Origin: Prevotella sp.
Lineage (GTDB): Bacteria > Bacteroidota > Bacteroidia > Bacteroidales > Bacteroidaceae
Assembly: GCA_052272805.1 (NCBI GenBank)
Contig: DAVZJL010000003.1
Span: 9,762-73,761, forward strand
DNA: 64,000 nt
Reading direction: 5' to 3'
Of this stretch, positions 19,684 to 30,050 are shown in pieces. The position numbers and the translations under genes were made by a program. Under the pieces are notes generated by a model. That model saw only the letters and a program-made list of their open reading frames with translations, was not told the origin of the DNA and ran no database searches. How positions within the stretch are numbered: position 1 is the stretch's first letter; the number at the start of each line of letters is the position of its first letter.

Positions 19684-19793
19684 ATGAATGTTGAATTATG
19701 AGTGTTGAATGTTGAATGGTCGGCTACGCCGATTATGAATTATCAATGAAGGATTAATTCCTCATTCAACATTCCACACTCCACATTCTACAT
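19684..19793. repeat. Inverted heptamer array with TCGGCTACGCCGA hairpin
   Basis: (TGTTGAA)n ... (CATTCAA/CATTCCA)n; hairpin at 19720-19732. Confidence 0.75.
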
Positions 19794-20615
19794 TTAATCT
19801 GTTATATCCGACACCTCTGTCACGCAATCAGCCCAGCCGTTCATTATCACCGCCGGCGAATGGGTGGTGAGAATAATCTGCACGTTGGGGTTGAGCGTGA
19901 GGATCAGGTCGATGAGACGTTGCTGCCAGTCGATGTGCAGACTCACCTCCGGCTCGTCCATGAACAGCACATACGGCTGCTGATCTTCCACGAGCACGGT
20001 GAGCAGTATGACGAGCATCTGCTTTTCGCCGCTCGATAGCTGGTAGGGCGTTAGCGTCTCGCCAACCTGCGAGAAGCGTATCTCATTCTCCGTGCGCACA
20101 ATCTTCTTGCCTGTCTGCGAGAAGAGGTCGTCAATGAGGTTCTGGAACGTGGTCTTCGGTGCGGAAATCTGCTGCGCCTGAAGTGCTGCGTCAGCCTCGC
20201 CGCTCTGCAAGCTGGCGATGATACGGTTGCCTATGTTCACCTGATAGTCGAGATACTTGCGCTGCAGGAAGAAGATTTGCAGGTCGAGCTCGGTGGTGAG
20301 GTCGGTGAGCGCGGTGTTCAACTTGCCCACAGCGTCGAGGTTCAGCAGCGGACGGTCGAACGAGCGGATGACATCGTAGCGTATCCAGCGTGCATCTTCT
20401 GGCTCAACGGTGAGGCGAACGCCTTTGAGCATGTGGCTCGGAAACTCGCCACCTGCCGACAATCCTCTAATCACCTTATTTAATATAGTACTCTTGCCGA
20501 CACCATTGATGCCGCTGAGGATATTCACTTTACGGTCAAGATTCCACACGATGTGACGTTTACCGCTCCACAACGAGTCGATTTCTATCTGCTTTATGTA
20601 TTCGGAATATTTCAT
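19794..20615 (-). CDS. ABC/AAA_21-type ATPase (AriA-like)
   Basis: Motifs GINGVGKS, LSSGEKQ, FMDEPEVSLH and TTHSP; no permease nearby; TATCTTTG box at 20664-20671. Confidence 0.85.
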   Translation of the reverse strand: MKYSEYIKQIEIDSLWSGKRHIVWNLDRKVNILSGINGVGKSTILNKVIRGLSAGGEFPSHMLKGVRLTVEPEDARWIRYDVIRSFDRPLLNLDAVGKLNTALTDLTTELDLQIFFLQRKYLDYQVNIGNRIIASLQSGEADAALQAQQISAPKTTFQNLIDDLFSQTGKKIVRTENEIRFSQVGETLTPYQLSSGEKQMLVILLTVLVEDQQPYVLFMDEPEVSLHIDWQQRLIDLILTLNPNVQIILTTHSPAVIMNGWADCVTEVSDITD

Positions 20616-20885
20616 AGAGTTAGCTTTTTGTCTATACTTATCTACACTTAAGTATTCTTCAGACAAAGATATAAAAAAAAATCTATACCGCTAACATTTA
20701 TTCAACAATTAACATTACAAGTTGCCACATCATGTAAATATATTCATTTTAAACTATGATATTTGCTTGTTTATTATTGTTAAATAAGCAAATATAACAC
20801 CGAGAAGATGCAAATGTATGGATTATTTGCCGTATATTTGCACTCTGATATAATAACAACAACAAGGTATCTATTATTGAACATT

Positions 20886-21740
20886 ATGAATTTATACAAG
20901 TTTGACAGTGTCGCCATTAGTCCGAGCGACGTTATTTCCCTCCACAAGCAAGACACATGGGAGCTCACCTATGTGGTGCATGGCAAGGGAACACGCACTC
21001 TTGGCGACGAAAAAAGTGAATTTAGCGACGGCGACCTTGCTTTTATTCCGCCGCACATCCCCCATTGTTGGACATACGACAACCATTATACCGACGAATG
21101 CGGCAGAATAGAATATGCCACATTGTCGTTCAAGACTGAGTTTATCGACCGCTGCGCGAGTGCTTTCCCCGAGATTACGGAACGCCTGGAGCAGCTCAAA
21201 TCAGTTTCTTCTGTCATCACATTCAGCGGCAAACCACTTGAAGAGATGACCGAGATGATGCTTCGTATGCGTACAGAGAAGATGTCGGAGTTGCTGCCAT
21301 ACATCTTCCGCATCATCTTGCTGCTCTCTAAGCACGAGAGCGATGGTATAGTAATCGGTCGTTTCGCCGAAACCGACCGCACATCCGACCGCATCAATAA
21401 GGTGAAGGAGTTCTCGCTGGAGAACTACGCAAGTTCTATCACCATCGACATGATAGCCAACCACGTGGGCATGAACCGCTCGTCGTTCTGCACCTTCTTC
21501 AAGAAGGCTACGGGACAGACCTACATCACCTATCTCAACAAGCTGCGTGTCGACCGCGCGTGCTCTCTGCTGCGCGATGGTAAGCTCAGCATCACCGATG
21601 TCTGCTACATGGTGGGATTTAACGACGTGCCTTACTTCAACCGATGCTTTAAGAACAACCGTGGCATGTCGCCGAAGGAGTATGCCGATGGAGTGATCAC
21701 ACAGCGCCAGGTAATCAAATCAAGGAAGAAAAAAGATTAA
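20886..21740 (+). CDS. AraC family regulator (cupin + HTH)
   Basis: LHKQDTWEL cupin and VGFNDVPYFNRCFK HTH; TATATTTG box at 20833-20840. Confidence 0.9.
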   Translation: MNLYKFDSVAISPSDVISLHKQDTWELTYVVHGKGTRTLGDEKSEFSDGDLAFIPPHIPHCWTYDNHYTDECGRIEYATLSFKTEFIDRCASAFPEITERLEQLKSVSSVITFSGKPLEEMTEMMLRMRTEKMSELLPYIFRIILLLSKHESDGIVIGRFAETDRTSDRINKVKEFSLENYASSITIDMIANHVGMNRSSFCTFFKKATGQTYITYLNKLRVDRACSLLRDGKLSITDVCYMVGFNDVPYFNRCFKNNRGMSPKEYADGVITQRQVIKSRKKKD

Positions 21741-21773
21741 CAACAAAATAAAGCTAACAATCAAAAAAAACTC

Positions 21774-23135
21774 ATGACTACTCTAACCATTATGATTATT
21801 GTGGCGTTCGTGCTCGGCTATGCATGTATAGCTACCGAAAGCCTGTTGAAAGTGAATAAGGCAGCCATCGCGTTGCTGATGTTTGTTGCTTGCTGGACGC
21901 TCTATATGTTCGACCCGATGCAGTATCTCACCGCTATACACGGGTACACTGGCGACCTTAGCGGTATGGCAGCAGCAGTGACTTCTATCATTCAGGAGCA
22001 CTTGGGCGACACCTCTACAACGCTGTTCTTCCTCATGGGAGCTATGACTATCGTAGAGATTGTAGACCAGAACGGTGGATTCAACTGGGTACGCAAGGTG
22101 ATGAAAACCAGTTCGAAACGCACGCTCCTCTGGCGTATCGCCTTTATGACATTCATCCTTTCAGCCATACTCGACAACCTCACAACGAGTATCGTGATGA
22201 TCATGATTTTGCGCAAACTCGTCACCGAGCGTAACGACCGACTCATCTACGCCTCGCTCGTCATCATAGCAGCCAACTCGGGTGGTGCGTTCTCGCCTAT
22301 CGGCGACGTAACGACCATCATGCTTTGGAACAAGGGGCTAATCACAGCGGTTGGAGTAATCAGCGAGATACTCGTGCCGTCGCTTGTGTCAATGATTATT
22401 CCGGCGTTCATCCTGCAGTATCAGCTGAAGGGCGAACTCCATATGCCGGAGATAAAGGAGGGTGCTGACGCTTCTGTTGGCGACTTCACCGAGCGTCAGC
22501 GCAAGGCAGTGTTCTGGATTGGTGTAGGCGGTTTGATGTTTGTGCCGGTATTCAAGAGTATCACACACTTGCCTCCGTTCGTAGGTATTCTGCTCGTGTT
22601 GGGCGTGCTGTGGACAACCACAGAGTTGTTCTACCGCCATCTGAAGCACGGACATGACGACGAGGGCACACAGAAGCGCGTTACCAACTTGCTCTCGCGC
22701 GTGGATATGTCTACCATTCTGTTCTTCCTCGGCATCCTCATGGCTGTTTCGTGCCTCTCTGAGGTGGGCGTGCTCACCGCTTTAGGCGACGGTCTGAACA
22801 CCTTCTTCGATGGCAACCACTACCTCGTGACGGGCATCATCGGTGTGCTTTCGAGCATCGTCGACAACGTTCCGCTCGTTGCAGGTTGCATGGGTATGTA
22901 TCCGGTTGCTGCTGCAGGCGACATGGCTGTCGACGGCATCTTCTGGCAGCTGCTTGCCTACTGTGCCGGCGTGGGTGGCTCGATGCTCATCATCGGTTCG
23001 GCTGCAGGCGTGGTAGTAATGGGCTTGGAGAAGATCACCTTCGGATGGTACATGAAGCGCGTCACATGGATAGCATTCGTGGGTTACCTCGCTGGTATCA
23101 TAAGCTACTATCTCATACGCACATTCGTATTCTAA
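21774..23135 (+). CDS. nhaD: Na+/H+ antiporter NhaD family
   Basis: Motifs FFLMGAMTIVE, LDNLTT, NSGGAFSPIGDVTT and SSIVDNVPLV. Confidence 0.9.
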   Translation: MTTLTIMIIVAFVLGYACIATESLLKVNKAAIALLMFVACWTLYMFDPMQYLTAIHGYTGDLSGMAAAVTSIIQEHLGDTSTTLFFLMGAMTIVEIVDQNGGFNWVRKVMKTSSKRTLLWRIAFMTFILSAILDNLTTSIVMIMILRKLVTERNDRLIYASLVIIAANSGGAFSPIGDVTTIMLWNKGLITAVGVISEILVPSLVSMIIPAFILQYQLKGELHMPEIKEGADASVGDFTERQRKAVFWIGVGGLMFVPVFKSITHLPPFVGILLVLGVLWTTTELFYRHLKHGHDDEGTQKRVTNLLSRVDMSTILFFLGILMAVSCLSEVGVLTALGDGLNTFFDGNHYLVTGIIGVLSSIVDNVPLVAGCMGMYPVAAAGDMAVDGIFWQLLAYCAGVGGSMLIIGSAAGVVVMGLEKITFGWYMKRVTWIAFVGYLAGIISYYLIRTFVF

Positions 23136-23177
23136 ACGCCCCTAACTTTATAAAATCAATGTATAAATAAGGGTTCA

Positions 23178-24179
23178 TTGGAAATAAAGAAACTTATAAA
23201 CAACTCATTAAAGGTAAGTCTGTCGATAATGCTCGGCGGACTTATCCTTTATTGGATGTACCGCGATTTCGACTTCAAGACCGTGGCTCACACGCTCATG
23301 CATGGCATGAACTGGACTTGGATGTTGCTATCGTTCCCGTTCGGCATACTTGCGCAGATGTTCCGCGGATGGCGCTGGCACCTCACTCTCGAACCTATCG
23401 GTGAAAAGCCGCGCACATCGACGAGCATCAACTCGATATTCCTCTCGTATGCCGTCAGTCTTATAGTGCCGCGCATCGGCGAGTTCGCACGCTGCGGCAT
23501 ACTGCGACGCTACGACGGAGTGTCGTTCCCGAAGGCATTGGGCACGGTGGTCATGGAGCGAGCCATCGACTCTACTCTCGTCATGCTCATCGCCCTCACT
23601 ACCTTTTTCCTACAACTGCACGTCTTCAACACGTTCTTTACCGAGACGGGCACCAACCTCGAGTCAATCCTCTCTAAATTCTCTGCCGCTGGCTACGCCG
23701 TGACTGTCGTTTGTGCGATAGCTGTGCTCATACTCGCATGGTATCTGCTGCGACGTTTCGCCATATATAATAAGGTGCGCGACATGGTACGTGGCATCTG
23801 GCAGGGCATTATGTCCATACGCACCGTGAAGCACCCATGGCTATTCGTGGCGTTCACCGTAGGCATCTGGGCGAGCTACTTCCTCCACTACTATCTCACG
23901 TTCTTCTGCTTCGAGGCTACGGCACACTTAGGTATGGCGTGCGCTCTCGTCACGTTCATCGTGGGCAGCATAGCGGTCATCGTGCCTACACCTAATGGTG
24001 CAGGTCCGTGGCACTTCGCGGTGAAGACGATGCTCATCCTCTACGGCGTAGGCGACGTGGACGCGCTCAACTTCGTGCTCATCGTCCACTCCGTACAGAC
24101 ACTCCTCGTCGTGGTGCTCGGCGTGTATGCGTGGACCGTTTTGTCCTTTACCAGGACAAAAAGTGGTGAGATGTTGTAG
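23178..24179 (+). CDS. Lysylphosphatidylglycerol synthase TM (UPF0104) flippase-like protein
   Basis: Motifs RGWRW, PRIGEFARC, GTVVMER and PTPNGAGPWH. Confidence 0.85.
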   Translation: MEIKKLINNSLKVSLSIMLGGLILYWMYRDFDFKTVAHTLMHGMNWTWMLLSFPFGILAQMFRGWRWHLTLEPIGEKPRTSTSINSIFLSYAVSLIVPRIGEFARCGILRRYDGVSFPKALGTVVMERAIDSTLVMLIALTTFFLQLHVFNTFFTETGTNLESILSKFSAAGYAVTVVCAIAVLILAWYLLRRFAIYNKVRDMVRGIWQGIMSIRTVKHPWLFVAFTVGIWASYFLHYYLTFFCFEATAHLGMACALVTFIVGSIAVIVPTPNGAGPWHFAVKTMLILYGVGDVDALNFVLIVHSVQTLLVVVLGVYAWTVLSFTRTKSGEML

Positions 24180-24275
24180 TGGTGATGTGGTGAGATGTTG
24201 TAGTGTTGACATATGCATTTGTCAACATCTCACCACCTCAACATAACAACATCATATCTCAACACCTCAACATAT
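24164..24275. repeat. Inverted 8-mer array around GTTGACATATGCATTTGTCAAC palindrome
   Basis: The 34-bp core at 24191-24224 is identical to 36495-36528. Confidence 0.85.
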
Positions 24276-24299
24276 TATCATACTTAAAACCTTACAATT

Positions 24300-25757
24300 A
24301 TGAGTGAAATCAGAAACCTTAACCCCGAGTGTATCTGGCGCAACTTCGACGCACTGACACAGGTGCCGCGCCCATCAGGTCATCTTGAAAAAGTACAGCA
24401 GTTCTTGCTCGACTTCGCAGCACGCGTAGGCGTGGAAGGCTTCAAGGACGCTGCCGGAAATATTGTGATGCGCAAACCCGCATCAGCTGGTATGGAGAAC
24501 AAGAAGGGTGTCATTCTTCAGGCTCACATGGACATGGTGCCGCAGAAGAGCAAGGAGTCGACACACAACTTCGAGACCGACCCTATCGAGACATACGTAG
24601 ACGACGAGTGGGTGCGCGCTAAGGGCACAACGCTCGGTGCGGACAACGGCATCGGCGTGGCTGCCATCATGGCTGTCATGGAGGACAAGACACTGGTTCA
24701 CGGACCGGTTGAGGGTCTTATCACTGCCGACGAGGAGACTGGCATGTTCGGTGCTAACGACCTGCCATGCGACGAGCTGCAGGGCGACATCCTGCTCAAC
24801 CTCGACTCTGAGACATGGGGCAAGTTCGTGATCGGTTCGGCTGGCGGCATCGACATCACAGCCACACTCGAATACAAGGAAGTGGAGACCGACAAGGAGG
24901 ACGCAGCCGTTAAGGTTCTGCTGAAGGGGCTGAAGGGCGGACACTCTGGCCTGGAAATCAACGAGGGTCGTGGCAACGCCAACAAGCTCATGGCTCGCTT
25001 CGTGCACGAGGCAATCGCCGAGTTCGGCGCGCGCCTGGCTACATGGCACGGCGGCACAATGCGCAACGCTATCCCGTTCGAGTGCGAGGTGGTGCTCACA
25101 CTGCCGAAGGAGAACGTGGAAGCACTGAAGGAGAACGTAGAGGAATGGCGCAAGCTGTTCAACCACGAGTTCCGCACTATCGAGGAGAACATCCAGTTCT
25201 TCACAGAGGACGTAGAGACACCGGCTTTCGAGACTCCCGAGGAGATTCAGGACAACCTGCTCGACGCTATCTACGGCTGCCACAACGGTGTGCTGCGCAT
25301 GATTCCGGTGTTCCCGACTGTGGTTGAGACTTCTTCTAACCTCGCCATCATCGACATCGAGGGCGGTCACGCTTACTTCAAGCTGCTCGCACGCTCGGCT
25401 AACGAGAGCATGAAGGAGTACATCGCCACCACGCTCGAGTCTACATTCTCGATGGCAGGCATGAAGGTGGAGATGAGCGGCAGCTACGGCGGCTGGGACC
25501 CGAACACAGACAGCGAGATTCTGCACCTCATGGAGCAGCACTACCGCGAGCTCTTCGGCGAGGAGGCTATTGAGCAGGTAGACCACGCCGGTCTGGAGTG
25601 CTCTGTTATCCTCGGCAAGTATCCGCACCTCGACGTTGTGTCGTTCGGCCCGACAATGCGCTCGCCGCACACCACATCTGAGCGTTGCCTCATCAAGACT
25701 ATCGCTCCGTTCTGGGAGCTTGTTAAGAAGACACTTGCAGAGGTTCCTGCAAAGTAA
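24300..25757 (+). CDS. pepD: Aminoacyl-histidine dipeptidase (M20C)
   Basis: Motifs VPRPS, LQAHMDMV, TTLGADNGIG, DEETGM, GGHSG and HAGLEC. Confidence 0.94.
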   Translation: MSEIRNLNPECIWRNFDALTQVPRPSGHLEKVQQFLLDFAARVGVEGFKDAAGNIVMRKPASAGMENKKGVILQAHMDMVPQKSKESTHNFETDPIETYVDDEWVRAKGTTLGADNGIGVAAIMAVMEDKTLVHGPVEGLITADEETGMFGANDLPCDELQGDILLNLDSETWGKFVIGSAGGIDITATLEYKEVETDKEDAAVKVLLKGLKGGHSGLEINEGRGNANKLMARFVHEAIAEFGARLATWHGGTMRNAIPFECEVVLTLPKENVEALKENVEEWRKLFNHEFRTIEENIQFFTEDVETPAFETPEEIQDNLLDAIYGCHNGVLRMIPVFPTVVETSSNLAIIDIEGGHAYFKLLARSANESMKEYIATTLESTFSMAGMKVEMSGSYGGWDPNTDSEILHLMEQHYRELFGEEAIEQVDHAGLECSVILGKYPHLDVVSFGPTMRSPHTTSERCLIKTIAPFWELVKKTLAEVPAK

Positions 25758-25763
25758 ACAGCT

Positions 25764-25902
25764 TAGGAGGGTATGGCATCCCTGCCATACCCACGCAACC
25801 TACAAAACTATAATAGGAGGGTATGGCATCCCTGCCATACCCACGCAACCTACAAAAACTATAATAGGAGGGTATGGCAAGAATGCCATACCCTCCTATT
25901 AT
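25764..25902. repeat. About 50-bp tandem REP-like palindrome (GGGTATGGCA-N4-TGCCATACCC), 3 copies
   Basis: Two near-identical 50/51-bp units plus a 19-bp-stem hairpin at 25861-25902. Confidence 0.85.
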
Positions 25903-25908
25903 TTGTCA

Positions 25909-26016
25909 CGTATCGGTCGACGCAGATGCTCGTATCGACCGACGCGGATGCTCGTATCGGTCGACGCAGATGCTCGTATCGACCGACGCGGATGCTCGTA
26001 TCGACCGACGCGGATG
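25909..26016. repeat. 22-bp tandem repeat x5 (CGTATCGRYCGACGCRGATGCT)
   Basis: Units begin at 25909, 25931, 25953, 25975 and 25997. Confidence 0.9.
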
Positions 26017-26027
26017 AAAAGACACCA

Positions 26028-26687
26028 CTACTTACCCAACGCTAACGGCTGCATTGCAGCCGTTTTTTCGTTATATACGTCTATAGAAACGCGGCGTGCA
26101 CGCAGAGAACGCACGCAGGTGAAGTCGCGGAAGTAAGGGTCTTGCGACATATACCAGCGATGGTCGGCGATGCGACGCGTGCGGCGTGCCAACGCATCTA
26201 CCTTCAGTGCCGAACGCACATTGACAACCGAGAGCATCCGGTTGCCATCGTCGAGAACAAGGGCGAGAACAAGGAATGAAGCAGGAGAGTTGTCGGGGTG
26301 GGAAGGTGTGAGCTTATGGTTGCGCATCGACGACGAGACGGTGATGTTCCAGCCGTGCTCGCTATTCAGCCGCTGCATAATCTGACGGAACACTTTGCCG
26401 TGCGACGATGTGTCGGTGATGTTGTGATACGCTATATACAGATGTATCATCTCGTGCAGCAGCGTCTCTTGAAACTCGCGCTCCGAGCACTCGTAGTAGG
26501 TGCTGATGCGTATGGTGAAGTCGGTGTACGTCCAGCGCAGCAGCTTGCGCACGCGGCGACACGACATGGTGCCGAGTCGGGTGCGAGCCTTCGACAGTGC
26601 AATACGAGGCACAGGCAGCTCATCGCCGAAATAATCGGCGTTGAACTGCCTGAACCATGTCTGCAATATATCTGTTGTAAGCGTCAT
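26028..26687 (-). CDS. SprT-like metalloprotease domain protein
   Basis: Motifs FNADYF, TLLHEMIH (HExxH) and SSHGKVF. Confidence 0.85.
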   Translation of the reverse strand: MTLTTDILQTWFRQFNADYFGDELPVPRIALSKARTRLGTMSCRRVRKLLRWTYTDFTIRISTYYECSEREFQETLLHEMIHLYIAYHNITDTSSHGKVFRQIMQRLNSEHGWNITVSSSMRNHKLTPSHPDNSPASFLVLALVLDDGNRMLSVVNVRSALKVDALARRTRRIADHRWYMSQDPYFRDFTCVRSLRARRVSIDVYNEKTAAMQPLALGK

Positions 26688-26688
26688 C

Positions 26689-27255
26689 CTACTCGGCGCA
26701 ATCAGGGTAAACGGAGTGGAGATATGCGCTCACCTTGTCAGACACGACAGTGGCGAGCACCACCTTGCCCTGTGGGTCGATGACGTAGACGGTAGGTATC
26801 CACTTCACGTGGTAAGCTTCAGCCACAGGCGACTCGCGCATTGGCTTCAAGTCGCTCACCTGCGTGTATTCGATGCCGAGCTTAGCCACGCCGTTCTTCC
26901 ACGACTCGAGGTTCTTGTCGAACGACACGCCTACGAAAGCCACGCCCTTGGTGCCGAACTTCTTGTAGAGCTGCATGATGAACGGCGAGTCCTTGCGGCA
27001 GTCGGGGCACCACGAAGCCCAGAAGTCGAGCACTACGTAGCGTCCGCGCAGGTCTTTCAGCGCGAAAGGCTTGCCGTCGATGGTGTTCAGCGTGATGTCG
27101 GGCGCGTCGGTGCCTGCCTTCAGCAGGTCGGTGGCGTACTTCTGGTCGAGATCTGTAACCGTAGCCGCAGGAGCATCAGCTGGTGCCTGCGCATGGATGG
27201 CTGCGGGAGCTGCGATGAGCGCCAAAGCCATAAGCATAGTCTTGAGTGTATTCAT
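26689..27255 (-). CDS. TlpA/redoxin family disulfide reductase, exported
   Basis: Motifs LDFWASWCPDC and WIPT; signal peptide. Confidence 0.9.
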   Translation of the reverse strand: MNTLKTMLMALALIAAPAAIHAQAPADAPAATVTDLDQKYATDLLKAGTDAPDITLNTIDGKPFALKDLRGRYVVLDFWASWCPDCRKDSPFIMQLYKKFGTKGVAFVGVSFDKNLESWKNGVAKLGIEYTQVSDLKPMRESPVAEAYHVKWIPTVYVIDPQGKVVLATVVSDKVSAYLHSVYPDCAE

Positions 27256-27306
27256 ATTCTTTGAGGTTTATAGTGATGCGAAGATAGTGCTTAAAATAAA
27301 CAACCG

Positions 27307-28734
27307 CTACTCTTCCGTCTGCGTCTTAGGCCAATTGACAAGGAAGAGTTTCTCCGTGGCGCGCGTAAAGGCGGTGTAGAGCCAGTGGATATAGTCGGGC
27401 GTGAGCATTTCGTCGGTCATATAGCCTTGGTCTACGTAGACGTGCGCCCACTGTCCGCCCTGCGCCTTATGGCACGTGACGGCATAGGCGTACTTTATCT
27501 GCAACGCATTGTAGTAGGGATCGGCCTTGAGACGCTTGTAGCGTTCGGGCTTGGTGCGCACATCGGCGTAGTCTGCCATCACCTCGTCGAAGAGTTGCTG
27601 ACTCTGCTCGCGTGTGAGTGCAGGTGCCTCGGTGGCGAGCGTGTCGGTGAGTGCCGTCACCTGCAACTCGTAGTTGTCGTAGTCGGGGAACTGCAGCCAG
27701 AGGTCGACGAAGTGGAAGCCGTAGAGGTCGCGGCGGTTGCGCACGCGCTGTATCACGGCACGGTCGCCGTTGGCTATGAACGCCGGTGCCGACGTGTCTT
27801 CCGACTTCTTCTGCTCAGTCCAGTAGTAGCTGTTCTTCACCACCATGAGCCAGTCGCCCGATGTCAGTTCCTCCTCGCGCCAAAGCACTTGGTTGCGTAT
27901 GCCCTGATTGTATATGTTTGCACGCTTGTTGGAGCGCGTAACAACCATCGTCTCATCCATGCCCACCTGCGAATAGCTCGTAGCGAGCGACTCGATGAGT
28001 TCGTCGCCCGGCACACATACGATGTCGGGGAAGCCGCTGAAGCGTATCTTGGGCAGGGCGGTCGCCTCGTCGTGCGTAATCATCTGGCGTATCACCGTGG
28101 CGTTGTAGAGTATGCCCGACTGTTGGCTTTGGCGCAACACCTCGCGCAGGTCGCTTTCGTAGACGCTTAGTCCGTAGCCCGACATGAACGCTGAGGAGAG
28201 AGCCGGCGACTCCTCCTCGCCTACCGGCGGCAGCTGCGCCTTGTCGCCGATGAGCACCAGTCGGCAGTTGCGCCCCGAATAGACGAACTGCACGAGGTCG
28301 TCGAGCAGACAGCCCGTGCCGAACACCGACTCGCGCAAGCCTTCGTTGGCTATCATCGACGACTCGTCGACGAGGAACAGCGTGTCGGTCATCATGTTCG
28401 GGGCAAGCGAGAACGCACCGCCAAGCGACTGCTGGCGGTAGATGCGGCGATGGATGGTGGAAGCCGGCACGCCTGAGTTCAAAGCGAACACTTTCGCGGC
28501 ACGACCCGTCGGCGCAAGCAGCACAACGCGCTGCTTCAACGCGAGCATCGTGCGCACGATGGCGCCGGAGAGCGTCGTCTTACCCGTACCTGCCGAACCG
28601 CGCAGCAGCATAGTAGCATGGTCGTCACGATCGGCGAGAAACTCGGCGAAGGTGTCGATGGCGTGCTGCTGGTCGGCGGTAGGCTCAAAGCCGAGTGCCT
28701 GGACGATGAGTGTCTTATAATTTATAGCGTACAA
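27307..28734 (-). CDS. RecD-like SF1B ATP-dependent helicase
   Basis: Motifs GSAGTGKT, LAPTGRAA, LVDESSM, GDKAQLPPV, TCHKAQGGQW and YTAFTRA. Confidence 0.9.
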   Translation of the reverse strand: MYAINYKTLIVQALGFEPTADQQHAIDTFAEFLADRDDHATMLLRGSAGTGKTTLSGAIVRTMLALKQRVVLLAPTGRAAKVFALNSGVPASTIHRRIYRQQSLGGAFSLAPNMMTDTLFLVDESSMIANEGLRESVFGTGCLLDDLVQFVYSGRNCRLVLIGDKAQLPPVGEEESPALSSAFMSGYGLSVYESDLREVLRQSQQSGILYNATVIRQMITHDEATALPKIRFSGFPDIVCVPGDELIESLATSYSQVGMDETMVVTRSNKRANIYNQGIRNQVLWREEELTSGDWLMVVKNSYYWTEQKKSEDTSAPAFIANGDRAVIQRVRNRRDLYGFHFVDLWLQFPDYDNYELQVTALTDTLATEAPALTREQSQQLFDEVMADYADVRTKPERYKRLKADPYYNALQIKYAYAVTCHKAQGGQWAHVYVDQGYMTDEMLTPDYIHWLYTAFTRATEKLFLVNWPKTQTEE

Positions 28735-28755
28735 TTCGGTTTTCTTTAAAAAAGA

Positions 28756-30021
28756 CTACGGTTGGCAGAGCACGGTGCAGACACGGTCTTGGAAAGCACG
28801 ACCGTTGCTGTGGTGCTGTATGCCCTGATTGATGATGGAGAATGCGAGGCGGTGGCCGTTGGCTGTCGTGCAATAGCCGGCAAGCGACGACACGCCCTGC
28901 ACGGTGCCGGTCTTGGCGCGTACGTTGCCGGCGGTGAATACGCCCTTCATGCGCTTGCGCAGTGTGCCGTCCTCGCCGGCAATGGGCAGCGACGGACGCA
29001 GGTGCATGTATATATTGTTGTTCTGAAAGGCATAGCGCAGAAGGCGCACTTCGAGTTCAGCCGAGAGATAGTTGTAGAGCGAGAGTCCGCTACCATCGGC
29101 TATCTCGTAACGCTTCGGATTGAGTCCTACCTTAGATATCAGCCTATTGATTACGCTGCGTGCCTGCTTAGCCGAAGCCTGCATGGTGCCAGTAGATGCT
29201 GCCAACTGGTAGAACATCGACTCGGCGTAGAGATTGTCGCTGTTCTTCATCATGCGCATCAGTATCTGGTCGATGGTGTGGAAGCGACGGCAGATGCAAT
29301 AGGCACTGTCAGGACGTTGCGACTCGCCAACGTTTGCCTCAACAACAAGACTATCGGAAAGGAGGTCGTTGACGAAACGCTCTACGAACGAATCCTTCCT
29401 GCTGATGAGCAACGGCGATAGCACGGGGTTGTCGTCATCCCAACACCAGCCTGCGCCAAACTGGTCGGTATCCTTCATCGACTTGTCGGCATAGATATTG
29501 CCACGTATGGTGTCGACTCCCATCTTGTGTATAGCCTCAACAAAGGCACGCATATCGTCGGAGTTGAAGCGTGGGTCGAAACCGCCCACGCAGTAGATAT
29601 CACCCGTAAGCGTGCGGTCGTTCACCTCGCCGGTGTAGCATAGCTCTGTCTTGAACTGGTAGCTGCCGCCCAAGCGGTCGATGGCTGCTATCGCTGTGAC
29701 GAGTTTCATTGTAGATGCCGGGCGCAGAAGCAGACGCGCATTGTGACTGTAGAGCACCGAGTCGGCATCGAGGTCGTACACCATCATTCCGACGGTGGAT
29801 GTCTCGAACATATCGTGCTCAAGAAGATTGTCTAAATGCTTTGCCACAGCTATATTCCACGGCAATGCCTGCTCCGCCACCTTAAACGTGTCGGGCATCA
29901 GTGTGTCGGCAACCGCCGAACTGTCGTCTTCGTCAAACTCGACATCTGTCTGTGCCGTTGCTCCTGAAGCGACGAAGAACGCCACGAGTGTCAATACATA
30001 TTTATATATATAGTCTTTCAT
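28756..30021 (-). CDS. dacB: D-Ala-D-Ala carboxypeptidase/endopeptidase PBP4 (S13)
   Basis: Motifs PASTMK (SxxK), SDN, DGSGLS and AKTGT. Confidence 0.92.
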   Translation of the reverse strand: MKDYIYKYVLTLVAFFVASGATAQTDVEFDEDDSSAVADTLMPDTFKVAEQALPWNIAVAKHLDNLLEHDMFETSTVGMMVYDLDADSVLYSHNARLLLRPASTMKLVTAIAAIDRLGGSYQFKTELCYTGEVNDRTLTGDIYCVGGFDPRFNSDDMRAFVEAIHKMGVDTIRGNIYADKSMKDTDQFGAGWCWDDDNPVLSPLLISRKDSFVERFVNDLLSDSLVVEANVGESQRPDSAYCICRRFHTIDQILMRMMKNSDNLYAESMFYQLAASTGTMQASAKQARSVINRLISKVGLNPKRYEIADGSGLSLYNYLSAELEVRLLRYAFQNNNIYMHLRPSLPIAGEDGTLRKRMKGVFTAGNVRAKTGTVQGVSSLAGYCTTANGHRLAFSIINQGIQHHSNGRAFQDRVCTVLCQP

Positions 30022-30050
30022 GCTTGTTTGTAATGGTTGATGTCCATTTC

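Noticed and set aside
25764..25902. CRISPR-like array
   Set aside because: Linkers are duplicates and there are only three units; REP-like tandem repeat.
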